Assembly (NCBI GenBank): GCA_013239625.1
Contig: MU053559.1
Span: 2,462,324-2,526,323, forward strand
From: Lama guanicoe
Lineage: Eukaryota
Direction of reading: 5' to 3'
DNA length: 64,000 bases
Shown here: positions 51,437 through 64,000 of the stretch, piece by piece
Layout: each line of letters opens with the position of its first letter
How positions within the stretch are numbered: the first letter of the stretch is position 1
Made by a program: the position numbers and the translations under genes
The notes under the pieces: generated by a model
What the model saw: the letters and a program-made list of their open reading frames with translations, nothing else
What the model was told of the DNA's origin: nothing
Databases searched by the model: none

Positions 51437-51888
51437 TGTGATGGTTAATTCTGTGTCAACTTGACTGGATCATGGGATGCCCCAAAAGTTAGGTAAACAT
51501 TATTTCTGGTTATACCTGTGAAGGTGTTATTTCTGAGTGAGATTAGAGTTTGAATGGTCCCTCCCAGTGTGGGAAGGCAGGATCCAATCTTTTAAGGCAG
51601 AAGAAGGAAGAATTTGCATCTTCTCTGCCTGACTGCTGAACTGGGACATTGGGCCTCTCCTACACTCAAACTGAGACTTACACCATTGGTTCCCCTGGCA
51701 CTCAGCCCTTAAGATTCAGGCTGAACTACATCACCAGCTTTCCTGGGTCTCCAGCTTGCAGATGCCAGATTGTGCGATTTCTCAGCTTCCATAATTGCAT
51801 GAGCCAATTCCTCATTATCTATCTCCCTATCCATCCATCCATCTATCTCCTATTAGTTCTATTTCTCTGGAGAATCCTGACTGATACA
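51437..51888 (+). mobile_element. MLT2 (ERVL) solo LTR
   Basis: TGTGATGGTTAATT...GTCAACTTGACTGG...GAGAATCCTGACTGATACA; 5-bp TSD GTGAT. Confidence 0.92.
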
Positions 51889-52049
51889 GTGATCATCCCC
51901 TTTTTAATCTTTAGTCTGTATATAGCACAAGACACTATGAGTATAAAAAGGGTAATCAGGTTGGCAGTTGGGATTAGGAAAAAACTGTTCTGTCTGGCTG
52001 CTGATTCAGACCCCGCAGCCCAGCTAATGTCTCTGGACACTATGTATTA

Positions 52050-53398
52050 TCAACTGTTAAAGAATATTTGGAATGATGTAAGGGGCAATTAACTAACCCC
52101 CAAATCTCAGCTGCACAGCACAAGTTTATTTCTCTCTCATGGAAAGTCCAATGCAGATGTTCCTGGCCTGAGGCTTTCCTCCAAGCAAAGACTCAGATCC
52201 AGCCTTATTCAATCTTGTGAGGCTTCCATCTTCAACGCATGGCCTCCAAGGTCACAATGGAAGAAGAAAACACAGAGCCTAGACAAAGCAGAGCAGATTT
52301 TAATTCAATGACTTGGAGTGTCACGACACTTCTGCTCAAATCCATCAGTAAGAACTAAGCACATAGCCCCTCCAGATAAAGGCCAGGCCAGCTGGGATAT
52401 GTGGTCTAGCCACATGCTAGAAGAAATGAGTTTGAGTATCTAGCCAATCTCTGCCAGAAATGGCATAAGTGTTCCTTTAAGGGGTTTATTAGTTTTCTAG
52501 GGCTGCCATAACAAATTACTACAAACCAGTGGCTTATAACAACAGGAATTTATTTTCTCATGATTCTGGAGGCAAGAAGTCTACAATCAAGATGGCAGGG
52601 CCATGTTCCCTCTGAAGACTCTAGGGGAGAATCCTTCTTCGCCTCTTCCAGCTTTTGGGGGTTGCCAGAAATCCTTGCCATTCTTTGGCTTTTAGCTACA
52701 TTTCTCCAATTTCTGCCTCCATCTTCCCTGTGTCTGTGTATGTGTCTCCAGCTCTCCCTCTCCTTATAAGGATACCAGTCATCAGATTTAGGAAACACCT
52801 TAATTCCATATGACCTTCTCTTAACTTGATTACAACTGCAAAGACCTGATTTCCAGATGAGGTCACATTCACAGGCACCAGGAGTTGAGGCTTCAATATA
52901 TTCAACATACTGGTTGTTGGGGTACACAATTCAACTCACTACAGAGGGAATATTAGTTTTTCATTATGCAATTTCTGTGGATCAGGAGGTCAGGCATGGG
53001 TTAGTCCAGGGTCTCACAAGACTGAAATCTAGGGCACTGGTTCTCATCAAAAGCTCAGGGTCCTCCTCCAAGTTCACCAGTTGTTGCCATAATTGAATTC
53101 CTTGTGGATTTAGGACTGAGGTCCCAGGTTTTTTGCTGTCTGTTGGCCAGAGCTCATCTACATCTTCAAAGTCCATGGGAGTACATTTCTGTGATGCTTC
53201 CCCTTCTTTTAAAGGCTCACTGGTTAAGGCAGGCCCAGCCAGGAATCTGGTTTGATTAGCTCAAAGTCAACTGATTAGTAACCTAATTACAGGAATGACA
53301 TCTTATCAATATTGGAGGTTCCACCCACACTCAAGGGGAGGAGAGTATACAAGGGTGTGGGTTATTGGGGCATCATCTTAGAATTCTGCCTACCACAG
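52050..53398 (-). mobile_element. Cluster of three MLT1 LTRs (~52050-52460, ~52485-52945, ~52950-53398)
   Basis: MaLR motifs, e.g. GGGCTGCCATAACAAATTAC...CAACTCACTACA and CATCTTAGAATTCTGCCTACCACA. Confidence 0.8.
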
Positions 53399-54654
53399 GG
53401 AAAGGCTTCTTTTAAGCCCAGGAAGGTTTAGAATGAAAACATAAATCTTTAAGTGTGTTTTGATTTTCTTACATTAAGGAATCTGTGTGCATATTTGGCA
53501 TTTATATGCTTGCAATGTTTAAAGTAATGTGTCTAATTGGTCTAACAAGTCAGACTTATAATTCCTCTCTAAAATTATAATTGTACAGTGGATTTAGGCA
53601 GATGCATTAAGTTGAAACATTGTAGTATCATCAAATTTAAGAGAATTTTGGATTGAGCCTTTTCACAGTTACTATACCAAGGTTCTACATCTGTGCTCTT
53701 TATATGGTTGAGTGTTTGTGAGTTCAAGGGGTACCATTTCTGACTTCTGTGCATTCAGAGAAATCTATCATCGTCACTGAGGTTGTAGCTAACTTCCTAA
53801 GCCTTGATTAGATTCTTAATTTTTAAAGTTGTCTTTTTCCCAATGTCTGGTATTTATTTCCTTGCCCTGAAAGAAAAATAAGTTGTTCTAGAAGTAATTT
53901 AATAAGGCCATAGCAAACAACCAACACATATTACTGTGAAGTGATTTGCTCTTATCATTTCCTGGCCAACACCACAAACTCCCCACAAATACCCCTGCCA
54001 GTTACAAAAACAAATGATAGTTAATTTTATATTATTAGTAACACATCTAAGATTGACAGGCAATAGAGAAAGAAGGGCCGACCTCCCACAGGTTCATCCA
54101 CCGGTTGAGTGTGGTGACACATTTCCCTCACTCCGGCTGCAACTTGGCTGATAACCTTTCTGTGGGAGTAATCATTTAGGAGTTACTTGTTGACAGACTG
54201 ACTGTTGACTGACTTGTTGACAGTCCAGAAGGTAAGGCAACACCTCCTCAGGCATGTGCTAAAGAAGGTGCTCGAACTTCTTCACAATGTAAGCCCAGGG
54301 CCAGCACCTGAGAGTGTGTGCCACCCGAAATCTTGCACTCTGGGCGCCTGACTTGCCTCACCCAAATCTTGGCCCTACTGGGCACCCCAAAATCCTTCTG
54401 GCTTAAAAATCCTTAAAAAGGCTTTTCAAAACATCAAGACAAGATTACCTTCTGTCTTTCAGTCAGAGTTCCTGCTAGACCTGGCTGTCTTCCCAGGTGA
54501 GGCCACCCCTGGAAGATTCAACTTCTTCCGACATATTTTGACATGGTGTTGCCTGCCTCCTCTTTCAGAGCAATTACTTCCTGGCCAAATCCTCTCTGAC
54601 TAGTCTCACGTCTACCATAGCAAACCCCTTACAAAACTGCTTAAAAATAACCTT

Positions 54655-55200
54655 GTGACGTATTCATTTTTTTTTTTTACAAAATCAGAAAATTCAGATG
54701 TACAAAAAAAAATAACAGAAAATATCACCCTTAGCCTCACCACCCAAAAATAACTATCCTTTACATTTTGAAGAATGATCTTTCAATATTTATGCATATA
54801 TTTTAATACACTCATAGGCGCGGACTGTGCATGTCTGTTTCAGCCCTTTTTTTTTAACTTCACATTATACCACAATTTTTCATTCAAAATGTCTTCTACC
54901 ACATCATTGTCAAGAGTTCCTTTACACTCCATTGTATGACCTTTATCATGATTTATTTATTCAATCTCATATTGTTGGAGATTTAGATTGTTTACAGTTT
55001 TTTTTTTTCAATTATAAATATCACTGCTATGAGCATCCCCAAAGTTAGATTTTATATTCATCCTGAATTATGTCCTTTGCATAGAATTCTAATTATGGAA
55101 GCACATTTTGAAGAACAAATCTTTGAAGATTTTTAGTACATATTGCCAAGCTTCCCTCTGGAAAGTTTATACCAGGTTTTTTGGCTACTAATAGCTCAAT
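54655..55200 (-). mobile_element. Very old L1 (L1ME-like) remnant
   Basis: TGTTGGAGATTTAGATTGTTTACAGTTTTT...TATTGCCAAGCTTCCCTCTGGAAAG. Confidence 0.55.
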
Positions 55201-55324
55201 CAGGAAAATAATAATAGCAGTAAATTGCAGCCACCATTTGCAGAAAGGTCAACTTCTTTTGACTTCACATACATTATCCCATTAAGTCTTCCAATAGTCC
55301 TAAAATTAAATGGAATTATCCCCA

Positions 55325-55756
55325 TGTGATGGCTAATTTTATGTCAACTTGACTGGGCCACAGTGCCCCAACAGTTGGTCAAACATTATACTGGATGTTT
55401 CTGTGAAGGTGTTTTTTGGATGACATTAATAGTTAAATTGGTGCACTCTGAGTAAGGCAAATTGCCTTCCATAATGTGGGTGGGACTCATCCAAACACTG
55501 GAAGGCCTGAATAGAAAAAGGACAGACTTCCCCTGAGCAGGAAGGAATTCTGCCAGCAGATACCTTTTGGACTTAAAAAACAACTCTTCCTTGGGTCTCC
55601 AGCCAGCTGACCTACCCCACTGATTTTGAACTTACCAAGTCTCCATAATCACGAATGGCAGTTCCTTAAAACCCATCTCTCTATCTGTGTGTATATGTAT
55701 GTGCATATATATACTTCATGTTGGTTTTGTTTGCTTAGAGAACCCTGATTAATATA
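55325..55756 (+). mobile_element. MLT2 solo LTR inserted in a MIR
   Basis: TGTGATGGCTAATTTTATGTCAACTTGACTGGGCCA...GAGAACCCTGATTAATATA; TSD CCCCA/CCCTA; MIR halves on both sides. Confidence 0.9.
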
Positions 55757-57069
55757 CCCTATTTGGAAGATGAGAAATCCAAGACTCAGAGTTGTTAATG
55801 CACCCAGGTTCATGCAGATGGAAAACAGTAACACCAGCATTCAAATCCAGTTTACATCAGACCATGAGCCCATCATATCACATACTCGGAAATTCCCCGT
55901 CAGCATGGAGAATTTTGGGTAAGTTCTCCAGCACTTGCCAATAGCAGTGATTAATCCAAGAACTCCTTCACAGTAGAACATCCCAGAGAGGTAAACTCAG
56001 TCACGCCAGGGCAGCTACCTAACCCAGAGTCTCTCCCGCCACCATTAAAAGGAGAAGACCTTCTAATCAACTTCTGTTACAGTTCTTGGAAGAAACCAGA
56101 GGCTTCTGTCAATAGTACCCACTAGAAATCATGGCCTCACATTGCTGTCTGGTTTTCAACCCTCAGTGCAATGAATGAAAAGGTTCTGACATACTCCCTA
56201 ATCCTGTGATTTCAGGGTCACCTCCATGATGGAGTGAAAGAGCACAACATCTTGTGACATTCTTATTTTGAATCAAAATGTGAAACCAGATTTGAGCAGA
56301 AATGATTAAATGAAGAAAACTAGCAGATTTTTTTTCTTGTCCCTCCCATTTCCTGCACCTAGGGAGCCACCCTGTCTGACATGAAACAAATGAATAAATC
56401 CCTTGAAAAGAACATTTTCGTGCCCCAATAGCCTAACTTCTTGCAGTTCAACTATGTCGTAACATTAAATACAGATGACGGATCTGAGTAGGCTGCTCTC
56501 AGACTGTCACTTTTTCTCACTGATTTTAGGAAAGTCCCAGAGCCCCTTAGGCACAGTTGCTGAGAAACTCAAATTTTAACTACAAATTGTGTGTTACAAT
56601 TGGCAGATGGGAAAGCTACAGTGCTACTCTATTTCAGGAAATGAGACTCTGGCTTTGGGTTTCGTGCAAAAGGTGCTGGCTGCTGATTTTGGAATTCAGA
56701 CTGCAGCTCAGCTCTCCATCCAGCACCATGATGTGTGTGCTCAGTTGGCAGGACAGTCCGGAAGTCATACACAAGGATGAATGTATATGACTCCGTATAT
56801 AAAAAAAAAGAAAATCACAGAAACTACCCCGATTTGAGCCTTCCCTATGTGAAAGTGATGCAACTGAATGCAACCTAAAGGTTGAAATGTATCCCTCCGC
56901 CAGCCCAAGACCTGAAAAGACGGCTCCTTCACACCCGGGGAATCCTTAATAGCTTGGTGAATGGAATTCCAATTCACCAGCCTTCAATTCTGCCTCAGTC
57001 AAATAGACACAACGTTGCTTAAAGGGAAAATAAACACAGAATGGAAAGTTTCTACAATAGGAATAATAG

Positions 57070-59435
57070 CTTCGACAAATTGGGTCTAGTAGGATCATGC
57101 CTCAACCTAATAGAGATCATATGTGACAAACTCACAGCTAGCATCGTACTCAGTGATGCAAGGTTGAAAGCTTCTCTTCTAAGATCAGGAACAAGACAAA
57201 GGTAGGTGCCCATTCTCACCACTCTTATTCAACATAGTAGTGGAAGTCCTAATTAGAGAGATTAGGCAAGGTCAAGAAATAAAAGGCATCCAAATTAAAA
57301 TGGAAGAGGTAAAAGTATCATGATTTGCAGATGATATGATCTTATAGATAGAAAATCCTAAGAACTCAACCAAAAAACTGTTGGAACTAATCAATGGATT
57401 CAATAAATTTGCAGGATATAAAGTCAACATACAGAAATGAGTTGCTTTCCTATATGCTAACAGTGGAACATTTGAAAAAGAAATAGAGAAAACTATCCCA
57501 TTCACAACAGCCTCAGAAAGAATAAAATACTTAGGAATAAATTTCATCAAACAAGTGAAATATCTGTACAATGAAAACTACAAGAGTTTGATGAAAGTTA
57601 TTCTGTGTTCATGGATCAGAAGTATTAATATTGTTAAAATGCCCATACTGCTCAAAGCCATCTGTAGAATCAGCACAATCTCTATAAAAATTCTGATGGT
57701 ATTTTTCACAGAAATAGGAAAAACAACCCTAACATTTGTACAGAACCACAAAAGACCCTAAGTAGCCAAAAGAAAGAAGAGCAAAGCTGAAGGTATCACC
57801 CTTCTGAGTTCAAAGAATAGTGCAAAGTTGTAATAATCAAAACAGTATGTTATTGGCATAACAAGAGACACATAGATCAATGGAACACAACAGAGAGCCC
57901 AGAAATAGCCCCCCACGTATTAGATCAACTAATATTTGACAAAAGAACCAAGAATGGGGAAAAGATAGTCTCCTCAATAAACGGTGTCAGAAAACTGGAT
58001 AACCATATGCAGCAAAATGAAATTGGGCCCCCTTTTCACACCACTCACAAAAATTATCCTGAAATGAATTAAAGACTTAAACATAAGGCCTGATACTATA
58101 AAACTCCAAAAAAAAAAAAAATAAGGAAGAGCTCCTTGACGATGGTCTTAGCAATGACTTTTTTGGCTATGATGCCAAAAGCACAAGCAATAAAAGCAAA
58201 AAAGGAATAAACGGGACTGCATCAGAATAAAAAGCTTCTGCATAGCAAAAGAAACGATCAACAAAATGAAAAAAAACCTACAAAATGAGAGAAAATATTT
58301 GCAAAACCACATATGAGATAATGGGTTAATATCCAAAATATATAAAGAAATACAACTCAATAACAAAACATAAGCAATCCATTTTAAAAAATGGGCAGAG
58401 TAATTCAATAGATATTTTTCCAAAGAAGACATCCAAATGACCAACAGTTACATGAAAAGATGCTCAACATCACTAATCATCAAGGAAATGCAAATCAAAA
58501 TGCAGTGAGATATCACCTCACACCTCTTAGAATGGCTACCATCAAGATGACAGGAGATGACAAATGTTGGTGAGGATGTGGAGAAAAGGGGACCCTTGTG
58601 CACTGTTGGTGAGAATGTACGTTGGTACAGCCAACTATGGAAAATGGTACAGAAGTTCCTCAAAAAAATTTTTGGAAGAACTACCATACGATCCAACAAT
58701 TTCATTTCTGGGTATAAATTCAAAGGAAATGAAAATAGGATATTGAAAACACATCTGTACTCCCACGTTTATTGCTGCATTATTCACAATAGCTAAGCTG
58801 TAGAAACAAACTAAGTGTCCAGTAATGGATAAATGGATAAAAGAAGATGTGACTGGATGAATGGATAAAGATGTGTGATACATACATACACGACATACAC
58901 ACATGTATATACACAATGAATATGTATATACACAATGAAATACTATTCAACCATAAGAAAGAAGGAAATCCTGCCATTTGTGACAATGTGGTTGGACCAC
59001 CAGGGCACTACAGTAAGTGAGATAAGTGAAACAAAGAAAGACAAATACTGTATGATATCACTTAAATGTGGAATCTAAAACATCTGAACTCTTAAAAACA
59101 AAGAGTAGAATGGTGGTTACCAGGAGCTGGGGGGGAGTGGGGGAATTGGGGAGAAGTTTAAGGGTACCACTAGTAGATAAATCAGTACTGGAGATCTAAT
59201 GCCCAGCATCGTGATTGGAGTCAACAATACTGTATTATAAACTTCAAAGTTGTTTAGAAACTAGTTCTTAATTGTTCTCACCATAAAAAGAAAGAAATGA
59301 TAATTGTGTGATAGGATAGAGGTGTTAGCTACCCCTATGGTGATAATCATATTGCAGTATATAAATGTATCAAATCGACACATTGTAGACCTTAAACTTA
59401 CACAACGTTATATGTTAATTATATCTCAATTAAGA
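57070..59435 (+). mobile_element. L1MA-like 5'-truncated element, decayed
   Basis: RT remnant TTTGCAGATGATATG (FADDM), ORF2 C-terminus and 3' UTR ending TTATATCTCAAT. Confidence 0.92.
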
Positions 59436-59449
59436 TACAATAGGAGTAA

Positions 59450-59680
59450 TGGCAGCCAACATTTACTAAGAGCTTACTATGAACGGAGTACTCTAAGTGC
59501 CCTTCATGTATAATTAACCTTTACAACAATAACTCAGTGAAGCAGCTAAGATTCTTCTCACTATTTTACATATAAGAAAACGGATTTAGAAAGATCAGTG
59601 ACTTGCCCAGGGCCTCATACCTGATAAGTGAAGGATAAAGGACCTAATGCCTTCTGTCTTAAATCCTGCACTAAATTGCT
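59450..59680 (-). mobile_element. MIR
   Basis: CATTTACTAAGAGCTTACTATG...ATTTTACATATAAGAAAAC...GTGACTTGCCCAGGG. Confidence 0.75.
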
Positions 59681-59684
59681 ACAC

Positions 59685-60100
59685 ACGGAAAGGCAAATAC
59701 GGTATGAGCTCATTTATATGTGGAATCTACAAAATCTGAGCTCACAGATACAGAGGACAGACCGGTGGTCGCCAGATGTGCGTGGTCAGGGGGAGCAGGG
59801 CAAAGGGGTGAACACGGTCAAAAGGTGCAAACTTCCAATTATAAGATGAATAAGTCATGGGGATGTCATGTACGGCATGGTGACTATAGTTAAAATACAA
59901 TTTTGTACATTTGAAAGTTGCTAAGAATATATCTTAAAAGTTCTCACCACAAAAAAAAAATTGTAAGCATATGAGGTGATGGATGTATTAATTATCTTTA
60001 CTGTGGTGATCATTTAGCAATATATATGTATACCAAATCATTACATTGTAGACCTTAAACTTACACAATGTTATATGTTAATTAGATTTCAACAAAGCTG

Positions 60101-60131
<31 letters not shown>

Positions 60132-60132
60132 A
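59685..60132 (+). mobile_element. L1MA-like 3' end with (TAAA)n tail
   Basis: ATATGTGGAATCTA...GCATGGTGACTATAGTTAA...TTGAAAGTTGCTAAG. Confidence 0.88.
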
Positions 60133-60612
60133 CTATTTGAAGTCCTGAAACTGACAAAGTATGTGAAAGACAAATGGGAGGTCGCTAAGAATTCAGAAGA
60201 AAAACTCAAATTTTCAATTCAAATCTCCTGAAGAGAGATTTTTGCTTCCTTCAGTTGCCCGTGGGGAAAACTGCACACTTCTCGCTTTGGCAAGGCTGAT
60301 GCGCTAAGGGAAAGAGAAAGTAACAAGTACTTGTTGAGAGCTTCTTGCCTGCCAGGGAGGTTGAATATTCCCTCCGGTAGATCTCACAAATAGGAGTCAG
60401 AGTATTCTTGTTTCCGGCTTACAGGGGAAGTCACCGATGGTAGATAGGAAAACTCTGCAGAACAAAACAATGAGGGTTCCAGCTGTGTCAGAGAGGCCCC
60501 TCTCCACCTGCTCATTCCTTAAGAGACATCCAGAGTGTTTCCAAGCTTCTGGTATAGATGGGGCACTGCTTCTTTGAAATCACTTGGACAAATGGCTAAT
60601 ATGTCACATTAC

Positions 60613-60880
60613 CATTAATTAAGATACCTGGTCCTTGTGGCTAGCAGCAACCTTCTACCAAGGTGTGTCCTTGACTGCATGTACCTCTTCGCCAGAATTA
60701 CACATATACTTACCTCCCCCACAGACCTCTTCAGAGCAGTTCCTGAGATTTAACTGAGAAATAGTTTCCTGGGCTATAATTTTCACTAAGTCCCCAGCTA
60801 AAACTGAAACTCAGCTCTAAAACAAAATATGAAAACAAAACAAAACAAAACAACAACAACAACAACCAAAAAAACCCCAA
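60613..60880 (+). mobile_element. ERV1-type LTR 3' fragment with A-rich tail (putative L1-mediated retrocopy)
   Basis: ACCTCTTCAGAGCAGTTCCTGAGA is homologous to the 47083-47561 LTR; (CAAAA/CAA)n tail; GTCACATTAC on both flanks. Confidence 0.65.
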
Positions 60881-62679
60881 AAATATAGGTCACATTACAA
60901 CCAAGCAAAAGCCTCAGTGTGCTGGAACTGGACTATTTCCCCACAGTAATTCTGCCTGTGTCCTTCCACTCACCATCAGTGATTGCTGGTTTTGGAGGCT
61001 GAGCAACAGGAAAAGGGGGAAATGATGTTATGGCAGGGTGGGAGAAGCTCTGAGAAGGAATGCTACAGTGACAGAAGCCACAAAAAGGAGAAATTAGCAG
61101 GGATAGATAGAGGCGGACAACCTAAAGAAGGAAAGAAGAATGTCCACAATTTCTTGGTCTGGGGAAAATTAGCCACCTCTAACCTCTAGCTTTTAAAATC
61201 ACAGGCATCGGACCCCTCCATTCTTGTCTGTGGTGGTGGAGGGCACAGCTAAGGACCAGTAGTAACTCAAAGAATTCTAAAGGAATAAGCTTGCAATTTG
61301 GAGATATGTTAACTAGTCCCAATCTATATGTAAATTAATTTACTTAAATATCTTAAAGCTCCCATTTTGAGAAGCAGAGCCTGAAACGGTTCTTGTGTAA
61401 ATGGTTTGTTGGCAGAAGGCCGGGAAGAGAAGGGGAATGAGAGCAGAATAGAGTGGGAAGTGGGGGAGTTGAGCAAGGATGTGGTCTCAGCTGGAGACTA
61501 GCTTCAGCCTGGTTGCCTGGGGGAAGCTCTGGAACAATATTTTCCAGAAGTAGATCATTTCAGAACAATAGGCTTAGGCGAGGCAGCAAAGCTGCTTTGT
61601 TGTCAAATGACAAGCTGTCTCACTGAGCTGACAAAACATGGGGTACTCAGAGCAACGCTACAGGAAGACGCTACCAGAACTCTGAGATTTTGACGAATGA
61701 AATTAACACATCATACTTTAAAAAAGAGATCATAAAGCAGGAAGTGCATCTCACTTATAACAGGGTTGGCAATAGCTAAAAGAAACATGATAGCCACAGA
61801 AAGAGGTAGTCATCATGGAATCACAGAACCAGAAAAGAGACAAGATCCGAGTTGGCCATGTCCATGCAGCACTGTTGAGGGAGAAAAGGTGCCCTGGCCC
61901 ATGAACATAGCCAACTAGACCTCACAGCAGTGAAGATGGCTGCATGTACCTACCAGATCTGATGTTAGCAGTTATTAACACCTCCCTCTCTGTATCCTTG
62001 CCCATGAGCAGCCTTCTTTTCACAGAAGGGCTTCCTCTGAAGCCTCCCACCCAGACTGAATTTATTTACCCATGAAAAAAAAAACAATCCTCAAGGTTCT
62101 CATTGTAAATTACATGTCAGCGTTCTAATTTATGTCAGTCTCCTGTGACTTGGGTTAATGGCAGTCCATCTCACAGGGTCAGTTCAACTCTAGATCCAGC
62201 CATATACTCCTCTGCCCTAAGGGCATTATTGTACAGGTTAGAGGCATGTGAAATAGTGGCATTTGGAAATATGAGCTAACTGGTACCTCTTTGGATTTGC
62301 AGGCACTAGGTTTTGACTTTGAATAATCTGACCCAAGTGAGGTCCCGGCTCCCATCAGGCCCCGTCTAAACTTTACCACAATGCCAAGAGTAAGGAAAAG
62401 TCTTTTTACCTTTGTGATAATCTCTGGGGGGAAATGACTTTAGTTCACAGTATAGTTCCTTAATTTGCAGACATTTATCATATCACACTGCTTAGGTGGT
62501 ATTACAACTGGGCATATTTTACTCAGTATTTATGAGATGGGAGCAAATGACCAAAATGAAAACTTACTTCATTGGCTTTGTCATGCAAGGACCATTGTGA
62601 GGCGTGTTGGAGTCAGCGTTCCCTTAGCCTCACCCAACAGCATATCCATCTATAGCCACATCTCCCGCACTGTAGGTGC

Positions 62680-63430
62680 AGGCTCCTAGAAAGTAGGGTC
62701 CATGTCTTCTACACATTTATATCCTCAGGGCTGAGCACAGTGCTTGGCACAGAGTAGATGTTCAATTAATATTTGTTGGATGGCTGCATTATTCACAATA
62801 GCCAAGACATGGAAACAATATAATTGTCCATAGATGGACAAATGAATAAATAAAATGTAATATATGTATACAATGGAATATTACTCAACCGTAAAAAAGG
62901 AGATTGTGCCATTCGTGACAATGTGGATGAAACGTGAGGGTATCATGCTAAGTGAAATAATTCAGACAGACAAATGCTGTATGAGATCATTTATGTGTAG
63001 CATCTAAAAAAAACTGAACTTGTAGAGTCAGAGAGTAGAATGTTGGTTACCAAGGGCTGGGAGTTAGGGGAAATGAGGAAATGTTGGTTAAAGGGTATGA
63101 ACGTCCTGTTACAAGATGAACACTTACTTTCTGGGGTTGTGATGTACAGCATGGTAACTATGGTTAACAACACTGTATTATATACTCGAAAGTTGCTGAA
63201 AGAGTAGATTTTAAATGTTACCACCACCAACACTGCAACAAAATGATAATTATGTGACGTGAAGGATGTGTTAACTAACCTTATTGTGATAAACATTTTG
63301 CAATATATACATTGATCAAATCATATCACTGTACACCTTAAACTTACCAAATGTTGTGTGTCAATCATGTCTCAATAAAGTTGTGGGGGAAAATATTTGT
63401 TGGATGGCTGAACAATGAATGAATGAATGG
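62680..63430 (+). mobile_element. L2 3' end split by L1
   Basis: GCACAGTGCTTGGCACAGAGTAGATGTTCAATTAATATTTGTTG and an (ATGA)n tail at ~63415-63430. Confidence 0.85.
62787..63391 (+). mobile_element. L1MA-like 3' fragment
   Basis: Perfect 19-bp TSD AATATTTGTTGGATGGCTG at 62768-86 and 63392-410; ends CTCAATAAAGTTG. Confidence 0.93.
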
Positions 63431-64000
63431 ATTTCACAGGTAGAAACCAGTATCATTGGCCCAAGAGAGCAGAGACAAGCATGGCCTATTTTGGAAAGCT
63501 TTCCATTCCTAAAATAAGTCAAAAATCAAAGTCCATGAGTTAAAAAGTTTAAGCTTTAGTTCTCCACCTGCTCCACCCCAAACGGCTGATAAATCATCTG
63601 TCTTTCTCACACTCTCTCCACCTTCCTTTCCCTGGGGGCCAAATTTTGTAGTTATAATTTATTCATGCAGCAAGTTGATTATTCATGTATTAGTTTGTTT
63701 GGAAAAGAGCTAGTGTTAAAGAAGACAGAGAGAAAATGCGAATCAAGAAGCCATGATTTCTTAGAAGTAGAAAATTCTTACCCTTTATATCCTAGAGAGG
63801 CAATAGCATCCCTGGTCCAATTTAATACCAGCATATCTTCCATCTTTTCATAAGGAAATAAAGGGTTGCCCCCTCCTCCTCTTCACTGATATATTCAGCT
63901 TCCTATTGGATAACAGAAAGATATCAGGTGAAAAGTAAATTCTGTCCCTACTCTAGAAGAATGCATGGTTTAAACACAAGCTGGAAAAGATTAATTTAAA

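Noticed and set aside
58820..58945. Short tandem duplications in the L1MA 3' region
   Set aside because: Ordinary slippage in a decaying element
1..64000. CRISPR array, operon or novel multi-gene system
   Set aside because: Mammalian repeat landscape with no repeat-spacer array, and the only long ORF is L1 ORF2

Overview
Repeat-rich, gene-poor mammalian DNA (intergenic or intronic), most likely camelid. That assignment is inferred from two tRNA-derived Vic-1-type SINEs and the absence of recognisable Alu, B1/B2, CHR/BovB or PRE1 elements. I found no convincing host protein-coding exon. The window is a layered record of mobile elements. A young 5'-truncated L1 carries an open 912-aa ORF2 (RT plus C-terminal CCHC, no endonuclease) between perfect 19-bp TSDs. 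Older elements include a near-full-length decayed L1, many L1 fragments, a full-length Tigger1, hAT elements (MER5, MER20, MER45, MER58-like), MaLR/ERVL/ERV1 solo LTRs, MIR and L2, plus a full-length U6 retrocopy. The most unusual observations are: (1) the ATG of the young ORF2 comes from its target site, in the frame of an older L1 ORF1; (2) a ~68-bp patch apparently copied from the local Tigger1 into a MER21-like LTR 2 kb away; (3) an ERV LTR 3' end that looks retroposed by L1 (A-rich tail plus TSD). I see no evidence for a new multi-gene system. Subfamily names are recalled from consensus sequences, not from a database search. Boundaries without TSD support are approximate.
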